Shown: in pieces, positions 1 through 13,528 of the stretch
Layout of the letters: every line of letters begins with the position of its first letter
Position numbering within the stretch: position 1 is the stretch's first letter
Assembly (NCBI RefSeq): GCF_002113885.1
Contig: NW_018408623.1
Coordinates: 1,360,221 to 1,424,220, forward strand
Length of the DNA stretch: 64,000 bases
Direction of reading: 5' to 3'
DNA from: Mizuhopecten yessoensis
Taxonomy: Eukaryota
The notes under the pieces: model-generated
What the model was told of the DNA's origin: nothing
Databases searched by the model: none
What the model saw: only the letters and a program-made list of their open reading frames with translations
Position numbers and translations under genes: made by a program

Positions 1-97
1 CCTGTAAACACCAAAAGTGTCTACTGCAGTTACTATAAGTTTCCTCACGTCCCTGTTAACACCAAAAGTGTCTACTGCAGATACCATAAGTTTCCTC
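1..97. repeat. End of a 51-bp tandem repeat (2 copies visible, runs off window start)
   Basis: cctgt(a/t)aacaccaaaagtgtctactgcag...ataagtttcctc begins at 1 and again at 52. Confidence 0.85.
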
Positions 98-300
98 TCT
101 CAAACTCATTGGGTTAACCTGCTAGGAGTTGGTTAACATTTTATGGTTACTCACTAGTTGGTAACACCCTGGACGTGATTTTATTGGTCAATCTTTAAAT
201 TGTGACATCACCGAACAACACTTTGCAACGTCATATTCCATTGTGATAATAATAAAAACTAATAATTTGAGGTTCTTATATACCTTATACGGCCTTTGCA

Positions 301-430
301 ACAGCTGAGTAAACTGGAGCAAACATAGTCAAGTATCTTCCTCAAAGATACAACACAGTGCCGTGCCGTGACTTGAACCCGCAACCCTTATGTCACAAGC
401 CCGGCGTCCTACCACTAGACTTAGCTTCCA
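301..430 (-). mobile_element. tRNA-derived SINE fragment with CORE-like central domain
   Basis: Minus strand reads GTCTAGTGGTAGG (A box) ... GGGTTCAAGTC (B box), then GTTGTATCTTTGAGGAAGATACTT...CTCCAGTTTACTCAGCTG resembling the CORE-SINE motif TGTCCTTGGGCAAGACACTT. Confidence 0.7.
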
Positions 431-1551
431 TGCCTCTATATATCATGGCAATTTTTTCTCTGACCGGAAACAGAAATAATGTATTCCTAAGAGGAACAAA
501 TGGTTTTCTAGAAATAATATCTGAACGTTGTGGGAGAAAAATGTCTCCAAACTTGTGACGGTTTATTGTTATGTTTATTTAAGTTGAGTTAGTTAATTTT
601 CAATTTTTATGGGTTTCTGCATGTCACAACAGATATAAGCTAGAACTTATTTGAAAACAATTTCAGGCCAGAGTATTTGAATCCTAGTTACTTCTCTCCT
701 CGTCATATGACAATCGATCTTTGACATATATCACTCATAATATTTTATTCTCACTGTAAATCAAGTCTCCAGTACATCACATAAATATATTCACAGGGTA
801 ATTGAGATATTTTACTGCATAAGACTACAAGGCTTAAGATTATTGATTGAGAACAGTTTCAGGACTGTTTTCACCTGAAGTTAGATATTGACGTAAGTCA
901 CGCAACACTTGGTCCCCTACCTGTCATTAGTTGTGAAGCTTTTTTTTCTATGCTTCATCAGTACCAAAGATTGTATTGATTTAATCATTTGCCCTTATTC
1001 CAACAATTTTTAAAGACGTTTGCAATAGTCCCATTGCACCTCAGCTCCCATACATAAACATGAAGAAAGGGTTTGTTATGAATGGAGAATTTGAAACTGG
1101 ATAATATAACCCAAATTTCAAGCATTATTTATTTTGTGTGAATCCTGTACTTGGCTACCTGTTCTGAATCCTAGTTTTATAAGCATAGCCACAAAAATGC
1201 AGAGAATATATTATATTGGGTTTAGTTAATTTGAAATATCAGAGCTTAGTAGTTTTCCTAAAAACCTTTACACTGTATACATAGCAAGCATGGAAACATA
1301 TGTCCAAGCAAACTGATCAAACCGCTTCAAGAAAAAGGCTGAGTCATTTTTTTTTTGAGTTCTTTGAAATACCATAAAAAAAAGATTTTGAAAAATGTCC
1401 AAATTCTTTTTGCAGAAAATTTCTAACATAGATAGTAGTAGGAGACTGTCAGTGAATCAAGTTATGATGTTTTTGTTGTTTAAGTGAACCTACCTAATGC
1501 ACACAGATCTACTGAATTATATAGTGGTAGGTATAACAAATCAAAGCAATA

Positions 1552-1574
1552 GTGTGTGTGTGTGTGTGTGTGTG
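1552..1574. repeat. (GT)n microsatellite
   Basis: About 11 GT units. Confidence 0.9.
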
Positions 1575-1777
1575 GTGGTGGGGAGGGGGTTGAGTTGTGT
1601 TAGGGGCATGATGATTTATCAAACACAATATCTTTAGAACCCGACAGGTGAAAGCTATGGAGAAAGTTTGAGGCATAAGCAGTGTAGATAAGTAGTCATT
1701 AAACACATCAACATGTAGAGTGGAGCTCCTATAAAAAAAACAGGAAACAGTGAAACCTCTCACTCCATCATGTATCC

Positions 1778-3997
1778 ACTTGTGTTGTACTAGGACTCAA
1801 GGATGGGTGTTTACTTGTATTGTATTAGGACTCAAGAATAGGTGTTTACTTGTATTGTACTAGGACTCAAGGATAGGTGTTTACTTGTGCCGTACTAGGA
1901 CTCAAAGATGGGTGTTTACTTTTGTTGTACTAGGACTCAAGAATAGGTGTTTACTTGTATTGTACTAGGACTCAAGGATAGGTGTTTACTTGTGTTGTAC
2001 TAGGACTCAAAGATGGGTGTTTACTTGTGTTGTACTAGGACTCAAGGAAATGTGTTTACTTGTATTGTACTAGGACTCAAGGATAGGTGTTAACTTGTGT
2101 TGTACTAGGACTCAAGGATGGTTGTTTACATGTATTGTACTAGGACTCAATGATAGGTGTTTACTTGTATTGTACTATGACTCAAGGATAGGTGTTTACA
2201 TGTATTGTACTAGGACTCAAGAATGGGTGTTTACTTGTATTGTACTAGGACTCAAGGATAGGTGTTTACTTGTGTTGTACTAGGACTCAAGGATGGGTGT
2301 TTACTTGTACTGTACTAGCACTCAAAGATGGGTGTTTACTTGTGTTGTACTAGGACTCAAGGATAGGTGTTTACATGTATTGTACTAGGACTCAGGGATA
2401 GGTGTTTACATGTATTGTACTAGGACTCAATGATAGGTGTTTACTTGTATTGTACTAGGACTTTGTGTTGTACTAGGACTCAAGGATGGGTGTTTACATG
2501 TATTGTACTAGGACTCAATGATAGGTGTTTACATGTATTGTACTAGGACTCAAGGATAGATGTTTACTTGTATTGTAGTAGGACTCAAGGATAGATGTTT
2601 ACAAGTGTTGTACTATGACTCAAGGATAGGTGTTAACTTGTGTTGTACTAGGACTCAAGGATGGGTGTTTACTTGTATTGTACTAGGACTCAAAGATGGG
2701 TGTTTACTTGTGTTGTACTAGGACTCAAGGATGGGTGTTTACATGTATTGTACTAGGACTCAATGATAGGTGTTTACTTGTATTGTACTAGGACTCAAGG
2801 ATGGGTGTTTACTTGTATTGTACTAGGACTCAAGGATAGGTGTTTACTTGTATTGTACTAGGACTCAATGATAGGTGTTTACATGTATTGTACTAGGACT
2901 CAGGGATAGGTGTTTACATGTATTGTACTAGGACTCAGGGATAGGTGTTTACATGTATTGTACTAGGACTCAGGGATAGGTGTTTACATGTATTGTACTA
3001 GGACTCAAGGATAGATGTTTACTTGTATTGTAGTAGGACTCAAGGATAGATGTTTACAAGTGTTGTACTATGACTCAAGGATAGGTGTTAACTTGTGTTG
3101 TACTAGGACTCAAGGAAATGTGTTTACTTGTATTGTACTAGGACTCAAGGATAGGGGTTTACTTGTGTTGTACTAGGACTCAAGGATAGGTATTTACATG
3201 TATTGTACTAGGACTCAGGGATAGGTGTTTACATGTATTGTACTAGGACTCAATGATAGGTGTTTACTTGTATTGTACTAGGACTCAAGGATAGGGGTTT
3301 ACTTGTGTTGTACTAGGACTCAAGAATGGGTGTTTACTTGTATTGTACTAGCACTCAAAGATGGGTGTTTACTTGTGTTGTACTAGGACTCAAGGATAGG
3401 TATTTACATGTATTGTACTAGGACTCAGGGATAGGTGTTTACATGTATTGTACTAGGACTCAGGGATAGGTGTTTACATGTATTGTACTAGGCCTCACGG
3501 CTAGCTGTTTACTTGTATTGTAGTAGGACTCAAGGATAGGTGTTTACAAGTGTTGTACTATGACTCACGGATAGGTGTTAACTTGTGTTGTACTAGGACT
3601 CAAGGAAATGTGTTTACTTGTATTGTACTAGGACTTTGTGTTGTACTAGGACTCAAGGATATGTGTTTACTTGTATTGTACTAGGACTCAAGGATAGGTG
3701 TTTACATGTATTGTACTAGGACTCAAGTATAGGTGTTTACTTGTATTGTACTAGGACTCAAGAATGGGTGTTTACTTGTATTGTACTAGGACTCAAAGAT
3801 AGGTGTTTACTTGTATTGTACTAGGACTCAAGGATAGGTGTTTACATGTATTGTACTAGGACTCAGGGATAGGTGTTTACATGTATTGTACTAGATCTCA
3901 AGGGTAGATGTTTACTTGTATTGTAGTAGGACTCAAGGATAGGTGTTTACAAGTGTTGTACTAGGACTCAAGGATAGGTGTTTACTTGTATTGTACT
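1778..3997. repeat. 35-bp minisatellite, about 63 copies
   Basis: Unit tgtattgtactaggactcaaggataggtgtttact with recurrent variants. Confidence 0.97.
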
Positions 3998-5535
3998 TGT
4001 ATCAGTTATCATGCGTGATGTTTAAGGAGATTTTGATAAATAGACCAAGATCATGAGACAAGTATATAGAGAATACTTAGTTACCTGTAGCAGGCAACCA
4101 TTAGATACTCAATTTACCTGCAATATTACACACACAAAACATATTTTCTTTGAAGAGATCTGGCAGTCTGGCATATAATGATGAAACTTCAATGAAATCA
4201 CATGTTGATCACATCATAGGACACAAATTTATTGTTTGTTGCATAAAAATCACCTGATTGCTGCTAAAGCTTGAGATTCTTGCTTTGAAAACATGGTCTG
4301 GCATTTAAATTACATTGTATATACTGTTCTTCATTTATTTGGATGCAAGTAGTACAAACACACGTACACTAAAGGTTGCCTTTGCATAAACTGAATCTGA
4401 ACAGGCATTGCCATTCGCATCATAGCAAACACATTTCTAATATCCTAAACAGCATCAAATTCTATTTTCAACTACAGTGATGTACTGGGTACTTTTTTTG
4501 AAAAAAATATATATGACAATTCAAGCCAGCTGCTGTTTTTTTCTGTTTTATAACAATGGTGTTATTTTTAGCCTGGTGGTAGCTATATACACAATCAACA
4601 GATAAGTTTTATTTTTATTTTGTAGCAGCCAGATAAAGTACATAAATAGGCACTATTGTAAAGTGCAAAGCTTGATTTGTAAGTTCAGTCATGGAGTAAA
4701 TTACATTAGATACATAGTTAGCTGATTTGTAACCTCCAACCTTTACAGGGGTAAGGGGTTACATTGTTTAATCAAATTTGTGACAGGTGTTCTCTTAAAT
4801 TACAAGCAACCGTTAGTAAAACCAAGTGGTCACTTTCTGTTGTTACCAGTGTGGGCTATACTTAGGTTGGTTTAAACAGTATTTTATTTCCTTCGTCATA
4901 TATTATAGTAAGTACACCGGTAAATAGCAATAGGATATGGCAACACAATTTTAAATCTTATATAAAACTATCTCAATTGAAATGTAATTACATTAAAGAA
5001 GTACTTCAACATACAGTTAATTAATACACATAAATTGTTTGAATTAACAGTTTGTGATAACACTGACCATTTCATGTGATGAACCAAAACAAAATCATAG
5101 GAAGGTATGCTAAAAGAAAGGAAACAGTAATGAAGAGAGCATGATCTATACTTAGGTTGAAGTATATTTGAATGACAAATGTTCACAAATAATATGTACT
5201 TCATGATAAGCTTTTGTTCATTAGGAATTTTAACGGGCAGTAATTAGAATCAGGATGGTTGGAATCTTGAGTAGATTAACTACTTTGATGTTTTAAGATT
5301 CAAAAACTTGAAAAATCAAGTTTATTTTATATTTGAAAATTTTAAGCAACTACAATTATATATAGAAACTGAATGTGGCGTTACAGGAATATTTTGTAGA
5401 AAGCCAGAGAGAGTACTCCAGCATTCAGCTCAATCAGCTGCTACAGAAAAGAAGTGCTGTCTGTTTTAGCACAGGGATCTAGCTGAGTTGAAGCCAAACA
5501 ATTAAAGGAAACCCCAAATATTGTAAATTCCTATA

Positions 5536-7537
5536 TGATATTGACTTTATTGCCTGTAGGTGACCCAACTGTTAAAAGTAAACTAGTGCCAACACTGAAT
5601 CAGCGTAATACCAGATTCATTATTTGTTAAGCAGTAAGTATCTTTCCTTTTATTGGAATAATATAAATCATGTGTTGATTATTCATTAATGCATGTATAC
5701 ATATTTTGATATTTGATTTAAGTAACTTTGTGATGCAGCCTTGGACTTAGTGTGGTAAAAACTACACATGGTATCACTATACAAGATAGATTCTTTCATT
5801 CACTGTATCCATAGAATAGGAATGCTTTAAAGACAGAATCAATGGCAGAAGATATCTTGGCATGTCTTAACACATAAAACATTAACACCTATGATGATTA
5901 TTGATATGATTTTTTCCCTATTGGTTATGGCATTTTAACTGCGATGTTATCAGTTATAGATAGAAATAGTGAGTTGTCAAATTATTGTTTCACACCAAAA
6001 TGGAATGGAGGTGTGTCGGTGTAGGAAGTTTGTGGTCAAGGGGAGATAATATGGAACCTAGGTTGCATGTGAAAAGTGTACTCCAACAGTGTTAGAGGTT
6101 TACACGGCGAAAAACTTTTGACAGGCGCCGCGTAACCTCTAACTGCCCATAGCTGATTTTCCCGACGCTGACTATCACATTTTCAAAGTTCAGATTAAGA
6201 AAGAGTATATCGTGTTTACATACATTTAAATGGTCAAAAGGGTCCAATAAATTATTCCTTTCCATAAATCCATGATTATATGAGAAAAATTTCATGTCAA
6301 AGACATAAATAATGAGTTTTTCCTCGTTCGAAGCGAAGCAGACAGCATTTGCCATGATTTTTCCGGTTAATACAAAAATTGATTACATGTAATGTTTCAC
6401 AAGCGGAATACAAACAAACTCCGTATCATTTCGTTCCGTTTGATATCCCCCCTGATATTTTGTATTAATCCAGAAGCCATGTTTTAAATTTAGGTCAGAG
6501 ATGTGCTACAACGACATGGACATGTATTTTGAGTGTTCTATTTCGTAATATACTATATATTTGTGTCTGTGACATACATATGAGATCTATATTATATAAA
6601 CGGTGAGTAGACATCGTTGTCATAAACTGTTAACCACTTAAGTGAGTTTTTCAAGCCAATTTTGTTCCGCCCGGATTTCGGGCGGAAACTGCATCAAAGA
6701 ATTAGTGCTTCGGAAATGAGAGGTTGCAGTCGGCAAAATCATATCCGATTGAAAAAAGGCCGACCAGCGGCCTCTCATGTTATGGGAGTAGTGAAAAGTG
6801 ATGTACATGTCAGCGGTAGATCACACATCTTCCTGAGGTTTTCGTGCTTAGTAATTCATGGATTCAATTTTCACTCGTTACACAGCAGTACCTGAATTGA
6901 TATCGACTTTATTGCCTGTAGGTGACCCAACTGTTAAAAGTTAACTATAGTGCCAACACTGAATCAGCGTAATACAAGATTCATTATTTGTTTGGCAGTA
7001 AGTATCTTTCCTTTTATTGGAATAATATAAATCATGTGTTGATTATTCATGAATGCATGTATACATATTTTGTTATTTGATTTAAGTAACTTTGTGATGC
7101 AGCCTTGGACTTAGTGTGGTAGAAACTACACATCATATCACTATACAAGATAGATTCTTTCATTCACTGTAACCATAGAATAGGATGCTTTAAAGACAGA
7201 ATCAATGGCAGAAGATATCTTGGCATGTCTTTACACATAACACATTAACACCTATGATGATTATTGATATGATTTTTTCCCTATTGGTTATGGCATTTTA
7301 ACTGCGATGTTATCAGTTATAGATAGAAATAGTGAGTTGTCAAATTATTGTTTCACACCAAAATGGAATGGAGGTGTGTCGGTGTGGGAAGTTTGTGGTC
7401 AAGGGGAGATAATATGGAACCTAGGTTGCATGTGAAAAGTGATGTACATGTCAGCGGTAGATCACACATCTTCCTGAGGTTTTCGTGCTTAGTAATTCAT
7501 GGATTCAATTTTCACTTGCTACACAGCAGTACCTGAA
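5536..7537. repeat. Tandem duplication of a ~640-bp unique segment (copy 1 5536-6896 interrupted by an insertion; copy 2 6898-7537)
   Basis: tgatat(t/c)gactttattgcctgtaggtgacc ... acacagcagtacctgaa occurs twice, roughly 3% diverged by eye. Confidence 0.95.
6079..6790. mobile_element. 712-bp non-autonomous DNA transposon-like insertion, 10-bp TSD GTGAAAAGTG, short imperfect TIR (TACTCC...GGAGTA); superfamily uncertain
   Basis: GTGAAAAGTG at 6069-6078 and 6791-6800; uninterrupted site gcatGTGAAAAGTGatgtac in duplicate copy near 7432; first 20 nt match the reverse complement of the last 20 nt at 14/20; CpG-rich versus flanks. Confidence 0.9.
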
Positions 7538-8661
7538 GCATTATTGATATTTTGAATTTCATGATAAATATTTCATGACTGGTTGACATTTCTCCAATAT
7601 CAACTATATAGGTTTCCTCACTCCCAAGCTGTGGGATAAATCTGCTAAAAATTGGTAAACATTTTTAATTACTCACTAGTATATGGCAGTATGATAACAC
7701 GTATGATCTACACATAAAATACAAAGCAGTTTTTTAGTCAAAGAATTTTGATACCCTTCGAAAAACATTCTCAAACACTGACCCCATAAACTGACTTAAA
7801 CCTGGTGCTATTTTAAGTTGAAGTGGACATTACAATGTATGTGTTAAGTTATGTCTAAGAAGCTATTCACCTGACTTGTCTAACATAAGGGCGATCATCA
7901 TATATTTTTTTAACAAATTTGAAGCATATCATTCATTGATCAGCAATTTCTCAATGGTACCATAATTCTTGATGTCCCCTTTTTCTGTATCATGTATTTA
8001 TAAAGTTTCCATTTATCAATTCAAGAAGTCCCATTTTACCTTATCAGCAAGACTATCACATGTGTACTGCCTACAATTTGATAAAGAACAGGGAATCAAA
8101 CCTGAAATTTAGGTCGCTGAATTTTCTCTGCAATGTCCACGACAATTAGTGAGAGAGCCAGCAGAGTTATCCCCCTTTGTGAATTGTTTCTCCTTCTGTT
8201 TGTAAAGAATCTTATACATTAATTTGTATTACTATATTTGAAGTGGCATGGACATTATAAATTTTCATTACACTATTCATTTATTAACTCATTGTATGGA
8301 CACATCAGTTGTATTCTACTTATTGGCATTGTACATTTATTTGTGTATTGTAATTGGTTTCTCAGAGACAAGACATTTATATTTTTGATAGAGTTATTTC
8401 CCTTTAGACACAGCCCATGGCCAAACTAACATTATGACCTCTGTACACATTAGTTACAATACGAGAAGCCGGCTGCTTTCAAGGAGATATAATTATACTC
8501 AGATTGACAACTGCTATCTTATCACAAATGTAGGTGACAGCTCCCATCCTATTACAAAGCTGTAGGTGTTCTATTGTAAAGACAGTACTCAAATATTCAC
8601 CATCTTACAAATAGATCACAAAGCTATTACTGATTATTGTGTAGACAAATGACTCAAAATA

Positions 8662-11113
8662 TACCATTAAGGATTATTCAGTCCACAGTACTGGTACTAC
8701 AGGGTTATGTAGGTATGACATCACACCATTAAGTGTTATAATGTCACAGTACTGGTCATACAGGGTTATGTAGGTATGACATCACACCATTGAGTGTTAT
8801 AATGTCACAGTACTGGTACTACAGGGTTATGTTGTTTTGACATCACACCATTGAGTGTTATAATGTCACAGTACTGGTACTACAGGGTTATGTTGGTACG
8901 TGGTTATGTTGGTATGACATCTCACCATTGAGTGTTATAATGTCACAGTACTGGTCATACAGGGTTATGTAGGTATGACATCACACCATTGAGTGTTATA
9001 ATGTCATAGTACTGGTCATACAGGGTTATGTTGGTATGACATCCCCCCATTGAGTGTTATAATGTCACAGTACTGGTCATACAGGGTTATGTAGGTATGA
9101 CATCACACCATTAAGTGTTATAATGTCACAGTACTGGTACTTCAGGGTTATGTTGGTATGACATCACACCATTGACTGTTATAATGTCACAGTACTGGTA
9201 CTACAGGGTTATGTAAGTATGACATCACACCATTGAGTGTTATAATGTCATAGTACTGGTCATACAGGGTTATGTTGGTATGACATCACCCCATTGAGTG
9301 TTATAATGTCACAGTACTGGTCATACAGGGTTATGTTTGTATGACATCACACCATTGAGTGTTATAATGTCACAGTACTGTTATGTTGGTATGACATCTC
9401 ACCATTGAGTGTTATAATGTCACAGTACTGGCCATACAGGGTTATGTTGGTATGACATCACACCATTGACTGTTATAATGTCACAGTACTGGTACTACAG
9501 GGTTATGTAGGTTTGACATCACACCATTTAGTGTTATAATGTCACAGTACTGGTCATACAGGGTTATGTTGGTATGACATCCCCCCATTGAGTGTTATAA
9601 TGTCACAGTACTGGTCATACAGGGTTATGTTGGTATGACATCACACCATTAAGTGTTATAATGTCACAGTACTGGTACTACAGGGTTATGTAGGTATGAC
9701 ATCACATCATTGAGTATAATAATAATGTCACAGTACTGGTACTACAGGGTGATGTTGGTATGACATCACACCATTGAGTGTTATAATAATGTAACAGTTC
9801 TGGTACTACAGGGTTATGTAGGTATGACATCACCCCATTGAGTGTTATAATAATGTCACAGTTCTGGTACTTCAGGGTCATGTTGGTATGACATCACACC
9901 ATTGAGTGTTATAATGTCACAGTACTGGTCATACAGGGTTATGTAGGTATGACATCACACCATTGAGTGTTATAATAATGTCACAGTTCTGGTACTTCAG
10001 GGTTATGTTGGTATGACATCACACCATTGAGTGTTAGAATGTCACAGTACTGGTCATACAGGGTTATGTTTGTATGACATCACACCATTGAGTGTTATAA
10101 TAATGTCACAGTTCTGGTACTTCGGGGTTATGTTGGTATGACATCACACCATTGAGGGTTATAATGTCACAGTACTGGTCATACAGGGTAATGTTGGTAT
10201 GACATCACACCATTGAGTGCTATAATGTCACAGTACTGGTACTACAGGGTTATGTAGGTTTGACATCACACCATTTAGTGTTATAATGTCACAGTACTGG
10301 TCATACAGGGATATGTTGGTATGACATCACACCATTGAGTTTTATAATGTCACAGTACTGGTACTACAGGGTTATGTAGGTTTGACATCACACCATTTAG
10401 TGTTATAATGTCACAGTACTGGTCATACAGGGATATGTTGGTATGACATCACACCATTGAGTGCTATAATGTCACAGTACTGGTACTACAGGGTTATGTC
10501 GGTATGACATCACACCATTGAGTGTTATAACGTCACGGTACTGGTCATACAGGGTTATGTAGGTATGACATCACACCATTAAGTGTTATAATGTCACAGT
10601 AAGGTATGACATCACACCATTGAGTGTTATAATGACATCACACCATTGAGTGTTATAATGACATCACACCATTGAGTGTTATAATGTTACAGTACTGGTC
10701 ATACAGGGTTATGTTGGTATGCCATCACACCATTGAGTGTTATAATGTCAGAGTACTGGTCATACAGGGTTATGTTGGTATGACATCATACCATTGAGTG
10801 TTATAATGTCACAGTACTGGTCATACAGGGATATGTTGGTATGACATCACACCATTGAGTTTTATAATGTCACAGTACTGGTACTACAGGGTTATGTAGG
10901 TTTGACATCACACCATTTAGTGTTATAATGTCACAGTACTGGTCATACAGGGCTATGTTGGTATGACATCACACCATTGAGTGTTAGAATGTCACAGTAC
11001 TGGTCATACAGGGTTATGTAGGTATGACATCACACCATTGAGTGTTATAATGTATGACATCACACCATTGAGTGTTATAATGTCACAGTACTGGTCATAC
11101 AGGGTTATGTAGG
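8662..11113. repeat. 61-bp minisatellite, about 40 copies
   Basis: Unit gtatgacatcacaccattgagtgttataatgtcacagtactggtcatacagggttatgtag; period 8713 to 8774. Confidence 0.97.
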
Positions 11114-13487
11114 AAAGATGTGTGACTTTATTAATAAATGTGGATTCAGCTTTGAAGTTAGATAGAACTATCATGTCTGTCCTGGACAAATGTAGAAAAA
11201 AAATAAGCAAGAGTGCTTTTTAGGAAAATTTGTTTAAATAGAGGCCACAGGGCCATTACGTAGGGAAAAATAGTATATGTATATATTCAGCAGTACTGGA
11301 CATACAGAAGTAAAATGACAATAGTTAATGTGAAAGCCTGCATATTAAGACCCTGAGACACTGAAGTTCCCAGGATAGGCATTGTAACTTCTGTAGTAGA
11401 AAGAGAAGAGCATTATTTTCAAGGTTGTTGTGAAGGTCACCAGGTATAGCTATAAGCCGTAAAAAGTGGGTTGTCTAAGGTGCTCTTGTTTGTGAAGAGG
11501 GAATAGGGGAAACCAAAACAGCACTTTTTCTAGTGAATATAATCTCCATGTACTAGGTTTATGTTTTGGCAATCAGATAGAATATTTGATGGGCATACAT
11601 TATCAAGTATAAAGATGATGCGAGTTCATCCTAGGCCATGTTCCTGTGGGATGTTGTGTCTCCATACCGCTGTTTACCTTGGCGCTGGCTGCATCACCTT
11701 ATGATAGCGAATTCTAGCTATGCTGAAGATAATGGAACAAACTGTGGCTGTTAAACCAACATCTGTTGAGCTTTTTAACTGAGGTTTTTCTCCTGTTTCC
11801 AAACAAACTAACACAAAGTCAAAGAAAGTGTGTCTCAGGTTAGCTGTATAACATCAGTGAGGTATCATGTGGGTGGGGTGTCTTTCATCTCGGTAAAAAA
11901 ATAGATATATACATACAGACGGGCCACATATACCCCTGTCTTACATTAACGCAACAAACATGCAAACCACACAGACGTCCCGTACCAGAGCGGCCATGAA
12001 TATGTAAAATCTGTCTCGGTGTGTATGTACTAAGACAGGATCAATTAAAGGCTTAAATCTTAATTATTGGGCCCGGAACTTAAAGAGCTATGTATATTAT
12101 TGTCATACAGGTGATTGTTGTATATAAATATATATATATTCTTATATTCCCTAGGAAACAAGTATTTCTGTGTAACAATGCTTCATTAGACAAGGAATGT
12201 TGAGTTGGGATACTGACTTCAGGACCAAGGATGTTCTAAAGGGTCAAAGATATTTTCTAGGGGTGGAAATACCTTTATGATCAGGGGACAAACATTTTTT
12301 AGAGGTCAAGGACACTCACAAGTGACAAGAATACTTTCAAGGGTCAAAGTTATTCTCAAGAGATATGGAAACTCACATGGGAACGAAAAGTCTCTCTTTG
12401 ATGTCAAGAATATTCCTTGCTACCAGAACAAATACAGTGTTGGTGGAGGCAAAAACATTCATAGGATAAAAATATACTTACAGTGGATAATGATACTTTT
12501 AAGTGTAAAAAGATGCTCTTAGGTGTAATATGCAGCTCTATGTTTAGATTGTATGTAGACAAGTACATATGTTTAAGTATTTAACCTCAGAGCACTGAGT
12601 TTGCATTTGCTAGTGTTTCGCAGTATATCAATATAAGCTATTTAACCTTAGCTGCCCTAATACTGAACAAGCTTTTATCAGGGGCTCCCATGTTTTACGC
12701 ATTCAGGAAATAATACAATATTAGCATACACTAATTATGGGGTTGTAAATCAGTCACTTTTGCTGGCTGTCTGTTTGCATTTTGTCCAGATGGAAAGATT
12801 GATATGAAAACATACAGTTGTGTGCCCTCAAGTTGAAGGTCACAGGTGTCAAAGGTCAATTCAATTTCACTGCAATGGTTCCAGTGAAAAACTTTTCTCT
12901 TTTGGACCAACTCACACATAACAGTTTATCATAAATAGATGCTTTGCCATAGTTCTGTAAGGTATACCATAGTTATTTTTCAGGAATGATTTATCGAAGC
13001 TATAGTATACTGGAAAAAAACCTTTCCAATGCATAGCTACAGTTTTTGGCAGTGGTACGTGGATTGTAAACTAAGTTTGTTTTGTTGGGTCAAACATGCT
13101 GTGTCATGAATTAGATTGATTTTGTGAGGGTTTTTTTCTTTTCTAATATATGGTACAGAAAAGTCATGTTTTGTTCTTTAGACAAAACATCCTTACATAC
13201 ACTTTAAGAATATATATTACCTTCGAGACAATTTTCAGAATATAGTACAAAGACCTGTAGTGTAGATAGCCCATCCTGCAAGTCATCAATGCCAGGTGCA
13301 TTGTTTTAGAGTTTGTGAAGCTTTGCAGGTTGTCAGGTATGACACAACCCTACCTTTCTGGCTGTGTGGGATAGAGGGAATACACTTGGATCCCTACAGT
13401 CTAGCTCAATAGGCCAGTGAATAATACATGCCCATGATGTAAGACAGGTATTTTATGTTCCTAAATCATTTAACTTTTTATTTTCAG

Positions 13488-13528
13488 GAGAAGACTTCCA
13501 TTGAAGGTTCCTTGTTTTTGTACCAAAG
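13488..13528 (+). other. Candidate 41-bp spliced micro-exon (probably 5'UTR) of an unidentified host gene
   Basis: Acceptor tttaactttttattttcAG| and consensus donor AAG|GTGAGT; two frames open (EKTSIEGSLFLYQ, RRLPLKVPCFCTK) but no recognisable homology. Confidence 0.6.

Noticed and set aside
6092-6355. 87-aa ORF as the transposase of the 712-bp element
   Set aside because: No recognisable DDE, zinc-finger or helix-turn-helix motif, and it runs into the terminal repeat
6079-6790. Stowaway/Tc1-type reading (TA TSD plus CTCC ends)
   Set aside because: The empty site has no TA at the insertion point, and a 10-bp duplication is present
11340-11830. Possible old SINE remnants (also HINE-like words at 8100-8405 and 12830-12860)
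   Set aside because: Too decayed to define ends or family by eye
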